Positions 1 to 11,582 of a stretch of 64,000 nt of DNA are shown here, one piece after another (within the stretch, counting starts at the first letter, position 1; every line of letters starts with the position of its first letter). A program made the translations under genes and the position numbers. The notes beneath the pieces were generated by a model. It did no database searches. It was not told where the DNA came from and saw nothing but the letters and a program-made list of their open reading frames with translations. Source of the stretch: Pelomyxa schiedti (taxonomy: Eukaryota; Protista; Evosea); contig JAHLWZ010000562.1 in the NCBI GenBank assembly GCA_020536535.1, positions 1-64,000 on the forward strand, read 5' to 3'.

Positions 1-141
1 CTCCGTTTTAGAATCAAAAAGGAAAAAAAAATTCGGTTCGTTAGAAGTGTAGGGGGGAGGCTGTCGAATTTTTTCTAAGCTAAAACCTCGCGGTCTGGTA
101 TTGAAAAAATTTAGCCAAATAAAGCGCAAGAAAAATTTTCT

Positions 142-3100
142 TCAAAAGCAGAAATTTATGCCTCTCCAACAGGAACTGGTGTTGGTTGTGTTGGGTGCTG
201 GTTTATTTGGAATTTCCGCCACAAGACGAAACAGACACTCTGATATTGTGGTTCCTTCAGCAGGAGGAACGTGTGCCAGAAACACACCCGTTTGGTTGTG
301 ATGGTGGCTCCAGGTCAAAGATATATGGTACATTGCAGTATGACACCAAAACAATGTGGAAGTTCCACACATGGCACAGGCCTGCCAACATATACAGTGG
401 TGGAACTGCTGAGGGTGTACTCCAGTGTTGCTGTCCAAACTGCGTTTTATTGGTTATAACCATAAACCAAAAGGAAAAAGAAACAGTTACATGCTCAAAG
501 TGGAAGTTGTTGAGAAGCCACTCATGTGCACGCCTCACGGCATACATCCCAAAGTTTCTGTTGGACCATGCACAGTGTGCTGCACCAAGGTACAGGGCCA
601 GCCCCTCTGTTCTCATCTGCAGTCCAAGTTGTGAGTACGGAACAAACAGTCAGATATAGTAGTTCCTTCAGCAGGAGGAACGTGTGCCAGAAACACACAC
701 CCGTTTGGTTGTGATGGTGGCTTCAAATCAAAGATATACAGTTTATTGCAGTATGACACCAAAACAATGCGGAAATTCCACACATGGCACAGACCAGTCA
801 ACATGTACAGTGGTGGAACCTCCTTTGCTGTGGTCCACTTCTGAAAATAAATTGTAAGATGGGCAAGAAATTGCAAACGTTGTACATGTGAAAAATCGAC
901 GTTCTTGTGAAGCCACTCCAATGCACGCCTAGCGGCAAAGAACCCAAAGTCTGGATTAGACCATGCGCACAGGGCAAATACTGTCCCAAGTGACAGAGCG
1001 GGGCTATTAAGTGACGGGGCTGGGCTCTCTGCTAAAATCTTCAATCCCAGTTGTGAGAGTCTTTTGTTCATATCCGGGGGAGGCTTGGGACACTGGCACA
1101 CAAGATCGGAGTTCGGGGTATCAAGGCTGTTGTCAATAGCTGACCGGATTTTTATGTGGCAAACCCGAACCTCTTCAAGGGCAATCTTAAATGCTGGCTG
1201 AATGTCATATTTAAAACGAAAACGAATGGAAACAAACCTTTTACTTTACTGAGAGGGTTTCCAGGGGTCGCTGTTTCAATCACAATAAGGGATCCACTAA
1301 CTGGAAATTTGGCAGCGGGCCAACAAGTCGGAGATTGAGGGGGCTCCCCAGTTGGCCACTCCCCAGGAGGGGAGATAATAGTGGGTTCCGAAGAGGCCTC
1401 GTCAATAACAGAAACGTTAACTTGGAAACGTCCCACATCAACTTCCCAAGTAAAAGTTCCAACCTTGTTTGGGTGTTAAGTCTACATTATAATCAAGAAA
1501 ATGTGTACTAGAAAGGGTCATTTCCTTCAGATATTTCTACTAAAGGCTGGTGGCACTTACTTCCAGTTGGAGAGTCATTCATAACAGAAACTGCAATGTG
1601 AAGATCTGGCTTCATTTACCATCGGTGAATAAAGTGCTGCCCTTCTTCACAGTGGAAAACAGGTGCGGACCGAACTTGCAGATGTCCCTTATCTCCAGGA
1701 AACAAGGGAATGATCACATCCGAATCCATGTTGCATTCCACATATAAACCTTATTGAGTCAAAGATGTGAGTGGAAGGAAAAAAGTGTATGCACACTCGT
1801 TGCCAACAAATTGAGGCACATCTCTTTGAACTGTGGAAATTTTGTAATGTATTCTTTCGTGGCTGCTACGAGGGCATCAACTTTCATAGCGTCATCAGGT
1901 GCACAGTCAGAAGAAAGTGGTGGATTGAGTCTGTAATAGGGACTCTGTACTGGCTTCGCCACCAGACTGCTGTGAACAGTTTCGGGGTTTGGACCTCCTG
2001 CAAAAAGGTTAAAAGCCAATCTTCCAAAACTACGGGTACCAAAAAAGGATTCCAAAGCACTGTGTTGCTGCAAGCCAGTGCCAAGGGAAACAAGAATTCC
2101 TTGTGAAACGTTCCAGATTGCTTTGCATTCCTCCAAAGAGACCTAAACTCGTCAGATATAAATTGAACCTGACGCAGTGTACATCAGAAGGATTAATAAT
2201 GGTGTCTGAACCGTCATAATAATAAGTGTTCTTCTCTTTTAGCCATAAATGAAAAGTACATTGCCAGTATAGTATTTGTACCAATTTCAACAGGGTCAAA
2301 GTAATAATATGTGGCCGACGTTGCCCCAGCTGCACCGCGAATTAATGCTGCTTCTTTATGCTCTTTGACAATTCCAATCTTCTCTGAAGGAATAAAGACA
2401 TGGTAACTGGTGAAAAGAACAGGCTGTCCCCCCTGCCTGGCAGCAACAAAGACCTATTTTACTTCAGGGTGGCATATGACACTATGTGGCAAATATCAAC
2501 CTTGCAAGCATCTGGATGCTTTTCATGCATATCATGCATTAAACTGTCACCAAACATGTTCTGTAATGCTGTGTCCAGTCCGGTCCGGTCATAAATGTTC
2601 TCAAAATACATGCGGACAAATTTCACTACTTGATAGGACTTGGTGTAAAATCTCGGGAAGTCCACAGTGAAAAACTTCACCAACTCCCCGATGTCAACGA
2701 TGTCGGAACCAAGAGCAAGGGCTGCGATTCCACCAGTTCCAACACCTCCCACCAAGTCAAACAGCTGTGACAGTTTCTGTGTGTAAGGGTCAGGGGAGAT
2801 GGGGAATGTGTGCTGGGAAAAATCACAGAAATTTCAAAACGAGGGAAAGAATAAATACAAACCGTGAGATTCATCTGTTGCATGATGTGTTTGTGAAGAC
2901 AGATCAAGCACCTCTCTGGTTTGACAAACTTGATATATTTGGACCCAATGACTTTCTTTGCCAGGTCATAACAGTATGAACTTGTAAAATTCACAAGGCT
3001 GGTGCATGGAAAGGATAGTCTTTATTTTGCTCGTGAAGGTATCATAAATGACTTCTTGGGCAGCAGGGTGGTCCAGCTGTACAACTGTTGAAAAAATGAA

Positions 3101-4936
3101 AAGAATAATAAAACACACATCATGAGCAGTGGTGATATTCATGTCACGAAGAGCAGGAATTAGATGCAAGGCAGCTCGCTCAATTAGAATAGACCGGAAG
3201 CTAAGTTTATTTCAGTTTTATAAGGGAATTTGATCTACTACGTTTTAAAGCTTGCTTTACGATCAGCACTGAAAGTGGGTGGATGAATTGACCCCCAGAT
3301 AACCTTAAAGAAGACATTGTTGGTTGTCATTTTGTTGGACAGCTTACCTTCCAAGAAATTGAAGGGGGAGGAGGAACCAATAGGTGAGACAAAAATTGGG
3401 AATAGAGATCACCGTTAACTTATTAGGACTTAAAAAAAATAGGTGAAGGGTGGCAGGGTTGTACATTTCGGCTTGCCTTCCTTCTTCAACTTGGTTGCAC
3501 AGGTGTTAGATAATGGCTCTAACATCAACGTGTTCTTGTATCTTATTGGTTTAGTGCAATGGATGGAAAATGGAGTGCACTCACACTAAAGTATTCAACA
3601 ATGACCTTATGTATAAACTTCAGGTACATTCTCTCTGTAAATATTTTGGAGACTCTCAAAGCAGACAACTTATTGGAAATGATGTTTGATATATATGACT
3701 GGCAGGAGGGTCAGTTAGATTCATTTGATCACTTTGGTTGTCACCTTTAATGGTTCAATGACATATGCATAAAACATTGGTTTCTCAAAGGCATTTGGCA
3801 ATCGAACAAATGAAAAAGAACTAAAGCATTGGCTGAGTCGGTTCCAGACGTCACATATGCCTGTTTCCCCTGTTCAGAAATTAGAAAATTAATTTTGTCT
3901 TTGAATGAAGTTCCTATTGCTGAGTATGTGCAAATAGAGGCTTTGAAGTCTTCAGTTGATTTTTTAATATCCCAGTCTGAGTATTTGAGACGAACATCTG
4001 GGCAAAAGTTCTGAATCAGGACAAGGTGTGGCTTGTGTCCCACAACATCTTGATCTACCATACAACTGGCAAATTGCAAAATACGCTCAGAATATTCCGA
4101 AATTCACATATTAACAAAAGACTGAGAACAGTTTCACTCCTCATTGTGCTACCCTGGTACATAGTCCGTTTTACTTGCCTGCCCATACATGAACCAACTT
4201 GTACAGTCAAGCCTTGGTATAAATGGAAACTTCAGAAGTGATGTACACAGCATGACACAACCTCGAAGGTGAAACAAAATTCAGAAAAGCCTTTGTCTTT
4301 GAGCCAGAGAGTAACATCATCAAATGTCCACAAGGACACAGGATTTATGTGCTCTTGTTGCTTCATAATGTTGTGTTAGAGGAAGAACATCATGTAATAG
4401 ATTTAGAGCACAACAGGTAGACGCGACATCAAATCTTCCTGCTGTTCCTCGCTCAGCTTTGTACTAAATCCAAGCCTGTTTAAACTGACAATAGTGACCA
4501 GATCTTCTTTGCTGTGAATGCCAGACTCGCTCAGCGCATGAAACGTGCTCTGCGACACGCTGCGCGACCTCACGAAATCCCTGAGCTCCATCCCAAGTTC
4601 TGTAAGCTTCCCGTCGTTCTCCTCCACCCAAGTTGGTGGGGCCGCCGTCGCGGTTGCGGTTGGCGTGGCTGGGGCAGGAATCGGCTTGGAAGAGGATAAG
4701 GCGGTCTTGGGGCTCGTGGGTGTATGCGAGGCAGACGTGGAAGAAGCCGTGGGCCCAGCGGAGGCCTTTAAGGCTATTTCGGCCAGCACTTGGTCTTGCA
4801 GCTGCTTGGTTAGCTGTGTGGTTGTGGGATCAGAAGGGGGAGGAGTAGAGGCACTGGTACTGCCCGCAGTGGTCCCGGGTCCGGCCTGTGGTGGTGCTGT
4901 CGAGCTGGTGTGCTGTGGCTGGTTGGCAGCTCCCAT
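142..4936 (-). CDS. Multi-exon protein ('gene A'): MG-start low-complexity N-terminus, SAM-like domain, catalytically degenerate patatin/iPLA2-like domain, two tandem C-terminal repeats; possibly pseudogenised
   Basis: ATG at 4936 (MGAANQPQH...). Exon near 4260-4345 reads PVSLWTFDDVTLWLKDKGFSEFCFTF (SAM-like). Exons 1760-2790 give patatin motifs in order: KLSQLFDLVGGVGTGGIAALALG, YDRTGLDTALQNMFGD, PVLFTSY, GAAGATSATYYYFDPVEI, YYDGSDTIINP, ILVSLGTG, YYRLNPPL. An in-frame TGA at 4104-4106 and a 2-nt frameshift near 283 suggest decay. The 3' end is uncertain. Confidence 0.55.
240..1000. repeat. Tandem direct duplication, period about 411 bp, encoding two copies of a ~110-aa domain of gene A
   Basis: GTTCCTTCAGCAGGAGGAACGTGTGCCAGAAACACAC... 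occurs at ~251 and ~662. Translated copies are PPLYMLAGLCHVWNFHIVLVSYCN and PPLYMLTGLCHVWNFRIVLVSYCN. Confidence 0.9.
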
Positions 4937-5181
4937 GAAGGTTTTTTTTCTTTTCGGTGGCACCGAGAGAGACAATCCAAATCGAACCATCCAACTTTGG
5001 GGGTCAAACCAACTCTACCCAAAAAAAACAAGAAAATTCTGGATCTAGTCCGGATGGTGTCAAATTCATGTTGAACCAGGGGGAGAAGGTAGTGCAGAGC
5101 TGTGAGCAGTGTTTCCCTTGGTTCCCAGTGAAAAAGGAGGCACTGGGACTGAGGAAACCTAAAAAGTGGCGGTAACCGGAC

Positions 5182-5218
5182 GGGTGCCGGAAAAAAAAAG
5201 TACAATTTTCCGGCACCC
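5182..5218. repeat. Short perfect hairpin (13-bp stem, 11-nt loop)
   Basis: GGGTGCCGGAAAA (5182-5194) pairs with TTTTCCGGCACCC (5206-5218). Confidence 0.85.
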
Positions 5219-5434
5219 AGACCAGATTGTGTCATTCTCCTAAATTGATTACAAAAAACCTGTTTGATTGTGGGCAAACTGTTGTGGTATGTGGTAGTGC
5301 ATAAGAAGTTGTGGCATGATGGTTTCGAGGTCTAAACACATCCACAGTCACCATTGTCCCAAAAAAAGACATTGGCTTCATTTCGACACCTTTGACACCC
5401 CAAATCCTCCTCCACCAACGCGTTCTTCTGAAAA

Positions 5435-5696
5435 TTGGAATTCCACAAGGGGTAATCTCTTCTCTGGTGAAGCAAGACCATGCATTTTATGCATCAACTC
5501 AGAAAGAGAAGATTGAAGATTGTGCACGAATTAACTGAAGGTGTGCTCAGGGCAGCTGCTGTTTCTGACCAGCTGAAAGCAGTTGAAAAAAAGTTGTTGT
5601 TTCGTCACTGAAGAACAGAGTTTATTTTCTGAGTTGTTGCATAAAATGTATGGTCTTGCTTCACCAGAGAAGAGATTACCCCTTGTGGAATTCCAA
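5435..5696. repeat. Inverted repeat: 71-bp arms with 2 mismatches, 120-bp spacer
   Basis: Arm 5435-5505 (TTGGAATTCCACAAGGGGTAATCTC...AACTCAGAAA) is the reverse complement of 5626-5696 except at two positions. Confidence 0.95.
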
Positions 5697-6185
5697 AACA
5701 CAGTTCCTCTTACTGTGTTGGTACCAATAGCTCCAGCACCTCTAAGAGATGACATACAACTCCTACAAACATGTGGTGTTCAAGAAGGACCTCAAACTCC
5801 ACCTTCCGTGACAACCACAACAACCTCAGTGCTAAAACCACCAAAAAAGGGTAGGTACCACAGTTTTTTTTTGTTTTAACTGCTTATAGCATATCTGGGG
5901 ATTTCTCATTTCCTTTTTGAATTGCTGCACTGCATCACAGACTTACAGATTGCAGGAAAGTCATCTGCAAATGCATGAAGGAAAGCCATCTCTGACTGGG
6001 CTGCAAAAACTGGAAACATGGAAACAACAAAAACAGCTGTGGCTTCTATCAAAGAAAAGCAAGCACAAGCTATTCCTCAGCAACAGCCACGCAAACACAG
6101 ACCTTCAGCTTCACAAGTGGCACCCATTCCCAAGGAGACTGCCACAGCACCTCAGCCAAAACGACCCCGGAATCAAAACGAAACC

Positions 6186-7852
6186 ATGAGCCTGTCGAGC
6201 ACACTGGTGAACAACCAAGCGACGCTGGGCAAGGGCGGGAGCGCGGCACTGGGAGGGGGCGGGGGGTCCGCGTCGTCGTCGTCCGGGTCGCTGGGCGGCG
6301 GCCCGGGCGCGGCGGTCATCGAGCAGTGCATCGAGCTGATCGGCGGGGGCGGCACTCCGTGCGAGGGCGTGGCGAGGCAGGTGGTGCGGCGCGCCATCGA
6401 GGTGCTGGAGGTGGAGCCCAACGTGCCCTCCGTGCCCGTTCCCGTGACCGTAGTCGGGAACATCCACGGGTGCGCCTGTGGTTTTTTTTTTTTTTTTTTT
6501 TCTTTTTCTCCCCTTTTTCTTTTCCCAAAGTGCTGTTGGGTACTGGTTTCAATCTTTGGCACTTGTGTTGGCGTGGAGGTGGTTATATGTTCCTGCTGTT
6601 TTTACTTATGCTGCTTTTGGCAGACAGTTCTCTGACTTGATGGAACTTTTCTTAATAACCGGGACTTGTCCGGACACAAACTTCCTCTTCTTGGGTGACT
6701 ACGTCAACTTTGGCCATCAGGGTGTTGAATGTTTGCTCCTGCTATTGTGTTACAAGATCAAATACCCTTCAAGGATCACTCTTTTGCGCGGGAATCACGA
6801 ATCTTGTGGGCTAACACAGGCACGCCCTTTATGCTATGGCGAATCTTATTTTTTATACCTTGCACACAAATGAACACTCCGTAGTCTTAATCACTCCTAT
6901 GCACATCCAGAATCAACCAACCCATGGCACAGTTGTATGGATTCTACAGTGAGTGTATAAGAAAATATGGCACAGCGAATCTGTGGAATTCCTTCTGTGA
7001 GCTCTTCAACTGTATGAGCATTGCTGCTGTTATAGAGCAGAAGATTTTTTGTTCACATGCTGGTATTTTCCTTTCAAAGAATCTTATTTGCACCTGAAAT
7101 TTTTGACTGTAGGACTCGCCCAAGAAGCTCCATGCATTGATCAGATCAGAGTTGTTAATAGGTTTCGAGAAGTTCCTCCTAGTGGTCCAATGTGTGAGCT
7201 ACTTTGGTCAGACCCTGAAGAGACAGTTTCAGGTTTTGCCCCCTCACCCAGGTATTTGCAACCATACTCTGAATATTTGTAACTCTACCAAGAGGAGCAG
7301 GATACTTGTATGGGACTGATATTGTCACCAAATTCACCAAACTGAACAACATTGACCACATTGCTAGATCACACCAAATATGCCCCAATGGCTACACAGT
7401 ATGCCGGAGCAATCTATTTCCCTGTAAAAATCAAACAATCAACTTAGGTTACTATGAACAACCTCGTTTCCACGATTTGGAGTGCACCAAACCACTGCAA
7501 CTGCGGAAACATAGCTGCCATACTGGAAGTATCAGACATAGTCTCCATACAAGGACAAGCCTCTCGGCAGTTCAGCACCTTCTTGGCTGCTCCTTCCGCT
7601 TTCACTTTCCCTGTTTTACCATCACCGGACTTAGCTACAAGCCATTCCCCCTCCATGCTATTTATTAGCATCGATGTTAAATTGCATGGCTTTCAAAACC
7701 CTTCTAGCTTTTTTGAAAACACTTCCGGTTGTCAGGCTTGTTGTTCCCCAAACCGCTCCATCATTCTCAGATTCATTAACAAACTTTTCTTGGTGCCTTT
7801 CGTTGAACGAATCGAAAAAACCGAGGTTAGGAATGAGTGCCTCGGAGAGTGA
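6186..7852 (+). CDS. PP2A/PP4/PP6-like PPP phosphatase homologue, copy 1 (degenerate metal ligands; native C-terminal tail replaced)
   Basis: Spliced exons give VTVVGNIHG|[64 protein letters not shown] and IWSAPNHC. The sequence diverges from copy 2 at ~7631 and reads on to a stop at 7850-7852. Confidence 0.8.
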
Positions 7853-8397
7853 GGACAATGGAGTGGAGGAGGAGCCCTGTAAGTGGTTGACGTACCCCAG
7901 AGAGTTTCGTTACGAAATCGGTCGCCACTTTGCTGAAATGTAGCTTGGCCTGCGTCTTCTCCTTTCTGACATCCCCCTTTTTTGGTAGAGAACGACATGA
8001 ACAATGGGTGCTTTTGCACCGAAGTGGACTTATTTTGCCTTGTGAGTGCGATTTTCTGATAGTTTTCCAAAAGACAGGCAAAATCTATGCACAGTCGGAC
8101 AGCTTGTTGGATATAAAAAAATATTGGCAAGCAATAAGGTGCGTATTACATATTTTTCACAACCCTTTTTCTCCCAGTCTTATGTTCTTCTGTCCAATAG
8201 GGGAGGTGCTGATCCTTCCAACCCGATGTGCTGTAAAATAAGAGCTATAGAACCAATATATACCCCTACATCACGATATCACCGCAAGTTTGCATGTAAG
8301 ACTCCTTCCATCCCCTGCCTTTACTTATAAGCCGGTGTTGCAGGGCAGAATGCTTGGCACTCTCTTGTATGTGCAAAGGACCCGCGGTTGGGCCGTC

Positions 8398-8497
8398 NNN
8401 NNNNNNNNNNNNNNNNNNNNNNNNNNNNNNNNNNNNNNNNNNNNNNNNNNNNNNNNNNNNNNNNNNNNNNNNNNNNNNNNNNNNNNNNNNNNNNNNN
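8398..8497. other. Assembly gap (100 N)
   Basis: Run of exactly 100 n, typical of a scaffolding placeholder. Confidence 1.
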
Positions 8498-9104
8498 CCC
8501 ACTGGCTCACAGCCAGGTGCAAAAGATTGCCTTCCGACTTGGAATTGCCTACTGTCACCGTCGTCGAAAACACCGTCAACTCTTGCCCAGCGCCCCAGCG
8601 TCCCATAAGCGTCCTCACGCACTCCGCGTGGCCATTAACAATCGCCAGCACCAACGGTGTCCGAGCAAAGCCACCGCGGACCAAAGCCTCGGCTGCAGGC
8701 GCCATCTCCGCCGCGCCGCCCTTGGCCAGCTCGCCCCCCACGAGGCCCCTGGGCACCCACGCCCCCAGCACCGCGTCCATCTCCTCGACGTGCCCCAGCA
8801 CCGCGCACAGGTGCACCACGCTGTACCACTCGCCGGGGTGATGGTCGACCATGGGGTACTTGTCGTCCCACCTGATGTGGTTGCACTCGTCGAGCTCGTG
8901 GCCGGGTGGGGTGGCGGCGGCGAGGCGGGCGACCTCGTGGGCGTGGCCCGAGACAGCCGCGTGCAGCAGGGGGTGCTTGGACTTGTGGGCGAGGGACAGC
9001 AGGTGCTTCTGGAGGGCGAGGTACTTCGCAGCCCGCGCCTGGTGATCGTCGAGGTCCTCGGACAACGTCGCAACCTTCAAATGTCCTGAACCTCCCTGTC
9101 CCAT
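8498..9104 (-). CDS. Ankyrin-repeat protein (5' part; runs into the gap)
   Basis: MGQGGSG start. Ankyrin-like motifs HPLLHAAVSGHAHEV, SVVHLCAVLGHVEEM, RTPLVLAIVNGHAECVRTLM and NLLHLAV. Very GC-rich codon usage. 3' exons past the gap were not resolved. Confidence 0.8.
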
Positions 9105-9700
9105 CCGGTCACAGTAAAAAAAAACAACGGTTCGCCTTCATCAGTTTTCGATCGGAACGAAGAAAAAATCAACAAGATTTGACAGCTCAAATCAACCTGA
9201 TTTGCACGTCTCGGTTTGAAGAATGTCGTCCATCAGGGTGGCACCAGAGAATAATCTGACATCGAGGGGGTGGTGAACGTGCCTACAACCCAGGAAAGGA
9301 AAAGAGGAAACCACACAAAAGTGTGCAAACGAAGTGCACTACTTTTGTGTGGGTAAGAAGAAGACATGGAGGAGGAAGTACATTTTGTGAGGAGAGTGTG
9401 TATTACAATGTCATTGTTGCTATTATGTGGCTGGCTCTCCTCTTCCTCCTCCTCTTTGTTGCTCTCAATGATCACTCATTTTCATTCTCACACCCTAACT
9501 CCAAAAATTTCCCAATTTGCGCGTCAAATCGGAACCAAAGTGGGTCTCCAAATTGCTTAACTAGTGCACACTTTGGACAAAGTGGAGGGATTTCAAAGTG
9601 GCACCGCTTTGAGCATTCTCAAATCGGGCACAAAATGGGGATTTTCCCAGGTTGCCTACAAATTGGAAGACATAATTTTTTTTTTTCCCCTTACACCTGT

Positions 9701-9740
9701 GTGGTTGCGTGGTTGCGTGGTTGCGTGGTTGCGTGGTTGC
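9701..9740. repeat. Microsatellite (GTGGTTGC)x5
   Basis: Five perfect 8-bp units. Confidence 0.95.
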
Positions 9741-9799
9741 TAGCTGGTGGTCCAGTAACAGAGAGGCTGTCACGGTTGTACTCTACAAAATAATTAAAA

Positions 9800-11359
9800 T
9801 AAAATAAGATATGCGCAAAGAACAAACCTGCAGGCAGACTCTCTTGCTCTTTGGCAAAGGTGCTTACATCAAATAATTGTCATGCGAACCTGTGTGGATG
9901 TTAGAAGCAGAAAGCAAATAAAAAGGACAAACCAAGTTTGCTGCCAACTAGCGGAAGTCTTGAACATAACAGCAGCTTGTCAATCTGTGCCTTGGTTAGC
10001 TGGGGGAAAAAAAAGGGAGAAGGACATACCGGAGTCGACAACCGGGATCCAGGCAGACTCTCTTGCTCTTTGCAAGGGACAAAAGCGAATATATCAAATA
10101 ATGGTCGCCTGTTGTCATGTGAACCTGTGTGGATGTTAGAAACAGAAAGCCAATAAATGGGACAAACCGGCAAACTCGCTGAAGTCATGAACTTAACAGC
10201 AGCTTGTTACAAAATCTATGCATTGGTTAGCTGGGGGAAAAAAAAAAGGGAGAAGGGGATACCAGAATCGGCAACTGGAATCCTTTAGCCGTTCCGCACT
10301 GGCTTGTCAGGTTAGTCGGAAAGAGAGGAGTAAGTTGAGGGCACACCAAAAAGGAAAGTAGCCCTGATGTGCAAGGATGTCAAGATTTAACACGACTGCC
10401 GATCCAATTCAACCAAGCTGTTCAGTAGTTAAAAAAAAAGAAAAAGGGGGAAAAGGTAAAAAGGGGGAAAAGGTAAAAAGGGGGAAAAGGTAAAAAGGGG
10501 GAAAAGGGAAGCGCACCACACTGCGATCAGCCATAAAGGGTGATCGCTGGTCTAATTTCAACCAAGCTACTGTGAGTAAAAAAGAAAGAAAAGAAAAAGG
10601 GGGAAAAGGTAAAAAGGGGGGAGCGTAGCGACACCGATGCACGGCCGGCTATGCACTACGGCGCTTGGTTTTTTTTTTTGTTTGTCGGCAAGGCAACTGT
10701 GGATTGGAAGAAGATTTCTTTCTCCTTGCGATTCTCCGAAGAAGCCTACAGACACGCCAAGTCAGTGAGGAGTCCTCAAGTTGAGAAAAACCCAAGGTGG
10801 CTCAGCCACCATTGCGATGTGCAGTGGTGACTAAGTACGGTGAGCGCACTCTTTTCTCTGGGACACGCCATGAATTCGGTTGTCCTCTGGCGTCGTGTTT
10901 GACTTCAAAAAACCAAAAAAACTTCTTAAACTTTCCAGAATGGACCCACCCCGACGAGCTTCCGATTTGGAACAGGGTGATCCCGATCTGTGGCTCTCCA
11001 AATTGCTCAAAGTGTAACCACTGTGGGGCTTTTCTCCCAAAGTGGACCCATTTACTGGAGGGTGGGAACACTTTGACTTTAGGGTGCGGCGGCGGGGCCC
11101 TTGTCGACTCGTAAGTAGAGTTCGAGGCACATTCTGGGGCTTTCGCTGCAGTGAATTTAGTGCTCAGAGCGCCTGCCGCGGTCGTCCGAGTTGACGAAGT
11201 GGTTGTCTGCCAATGTGAGGCCATTTCCGCCAATACTTCCTCCTGTATTTTCTGAGACTGAGTCAAAGGAGCTGTGCTGTGGGGCATTGCAGACGGCTGT
11301 TGTGTTGTTGGAGGTGGCGGCGGTTGCGGTTGGTGCTGTACTACGTTGGTCGTCCCCAT
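9800..11359 (-). pseudogene. Decayed paralogue of the N-terminal part of gene A ('gene B')
   Basis: MGTTNVVQH start. KIQEEVLAEMA matches gene A QLQDQVLAEIA. LTKAQIDKLLLCSRLP resembles LSEEQQEDLMSRLP. The duplicated exon copy reads LTNA*IL* (nonsense codons). 3' boundary approximate. Confidence 0.5.
9832..10283. repeat. Tandem duplication of ~220-230 bp (two exon+intron units of gene B)
   Basis: AGGCAGACTCTCTTGCTCTTTG starts at 9832 and 10051. Each unit has a minus-strand intron GTAT...CTTCTCCCTTTTTTTTTCCCCCAG. Confidence 0.9.
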
Positions 11360-11582
11360 TTCGCCAGCCTTTTTCCCCCTTCCCGTAAACCTGCAGGTTC
11401 ATCAGACCCGAAGGGTTCCCCAAGTTAGTGCCCGAAAAGGACCAACTCGGTTCCCACCACACTCCTGGAGGTCCCACTGTGGTGACGAAAGGCACCGGTC
11501 GAGTCTCGGATGTTAAGTACAAGGTTAAGTTCCAGCACTAGATCGACCTCGGTGTAGACAACGATCAAGATTTCGAATAAAC

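Noticed and set aside
8290-9259. Several overlapping ORFs in other frames over the ankyrin gene
   Set aside because: High GC suppresses stop codons, and only the minus-strand frame has ankyrin motifs.
9701-10620. CRISPR-like or telomeric array (8-bp repeat, ~220-bp duplication, 17-bp AAAAAGGGGGAAAAGGT units)
   Set aside because: There are no constant repeats with unique spacers and no cas genes. The purine runs are minus-strand intron pyrimidine tracts, and the long units are duplicated exons.
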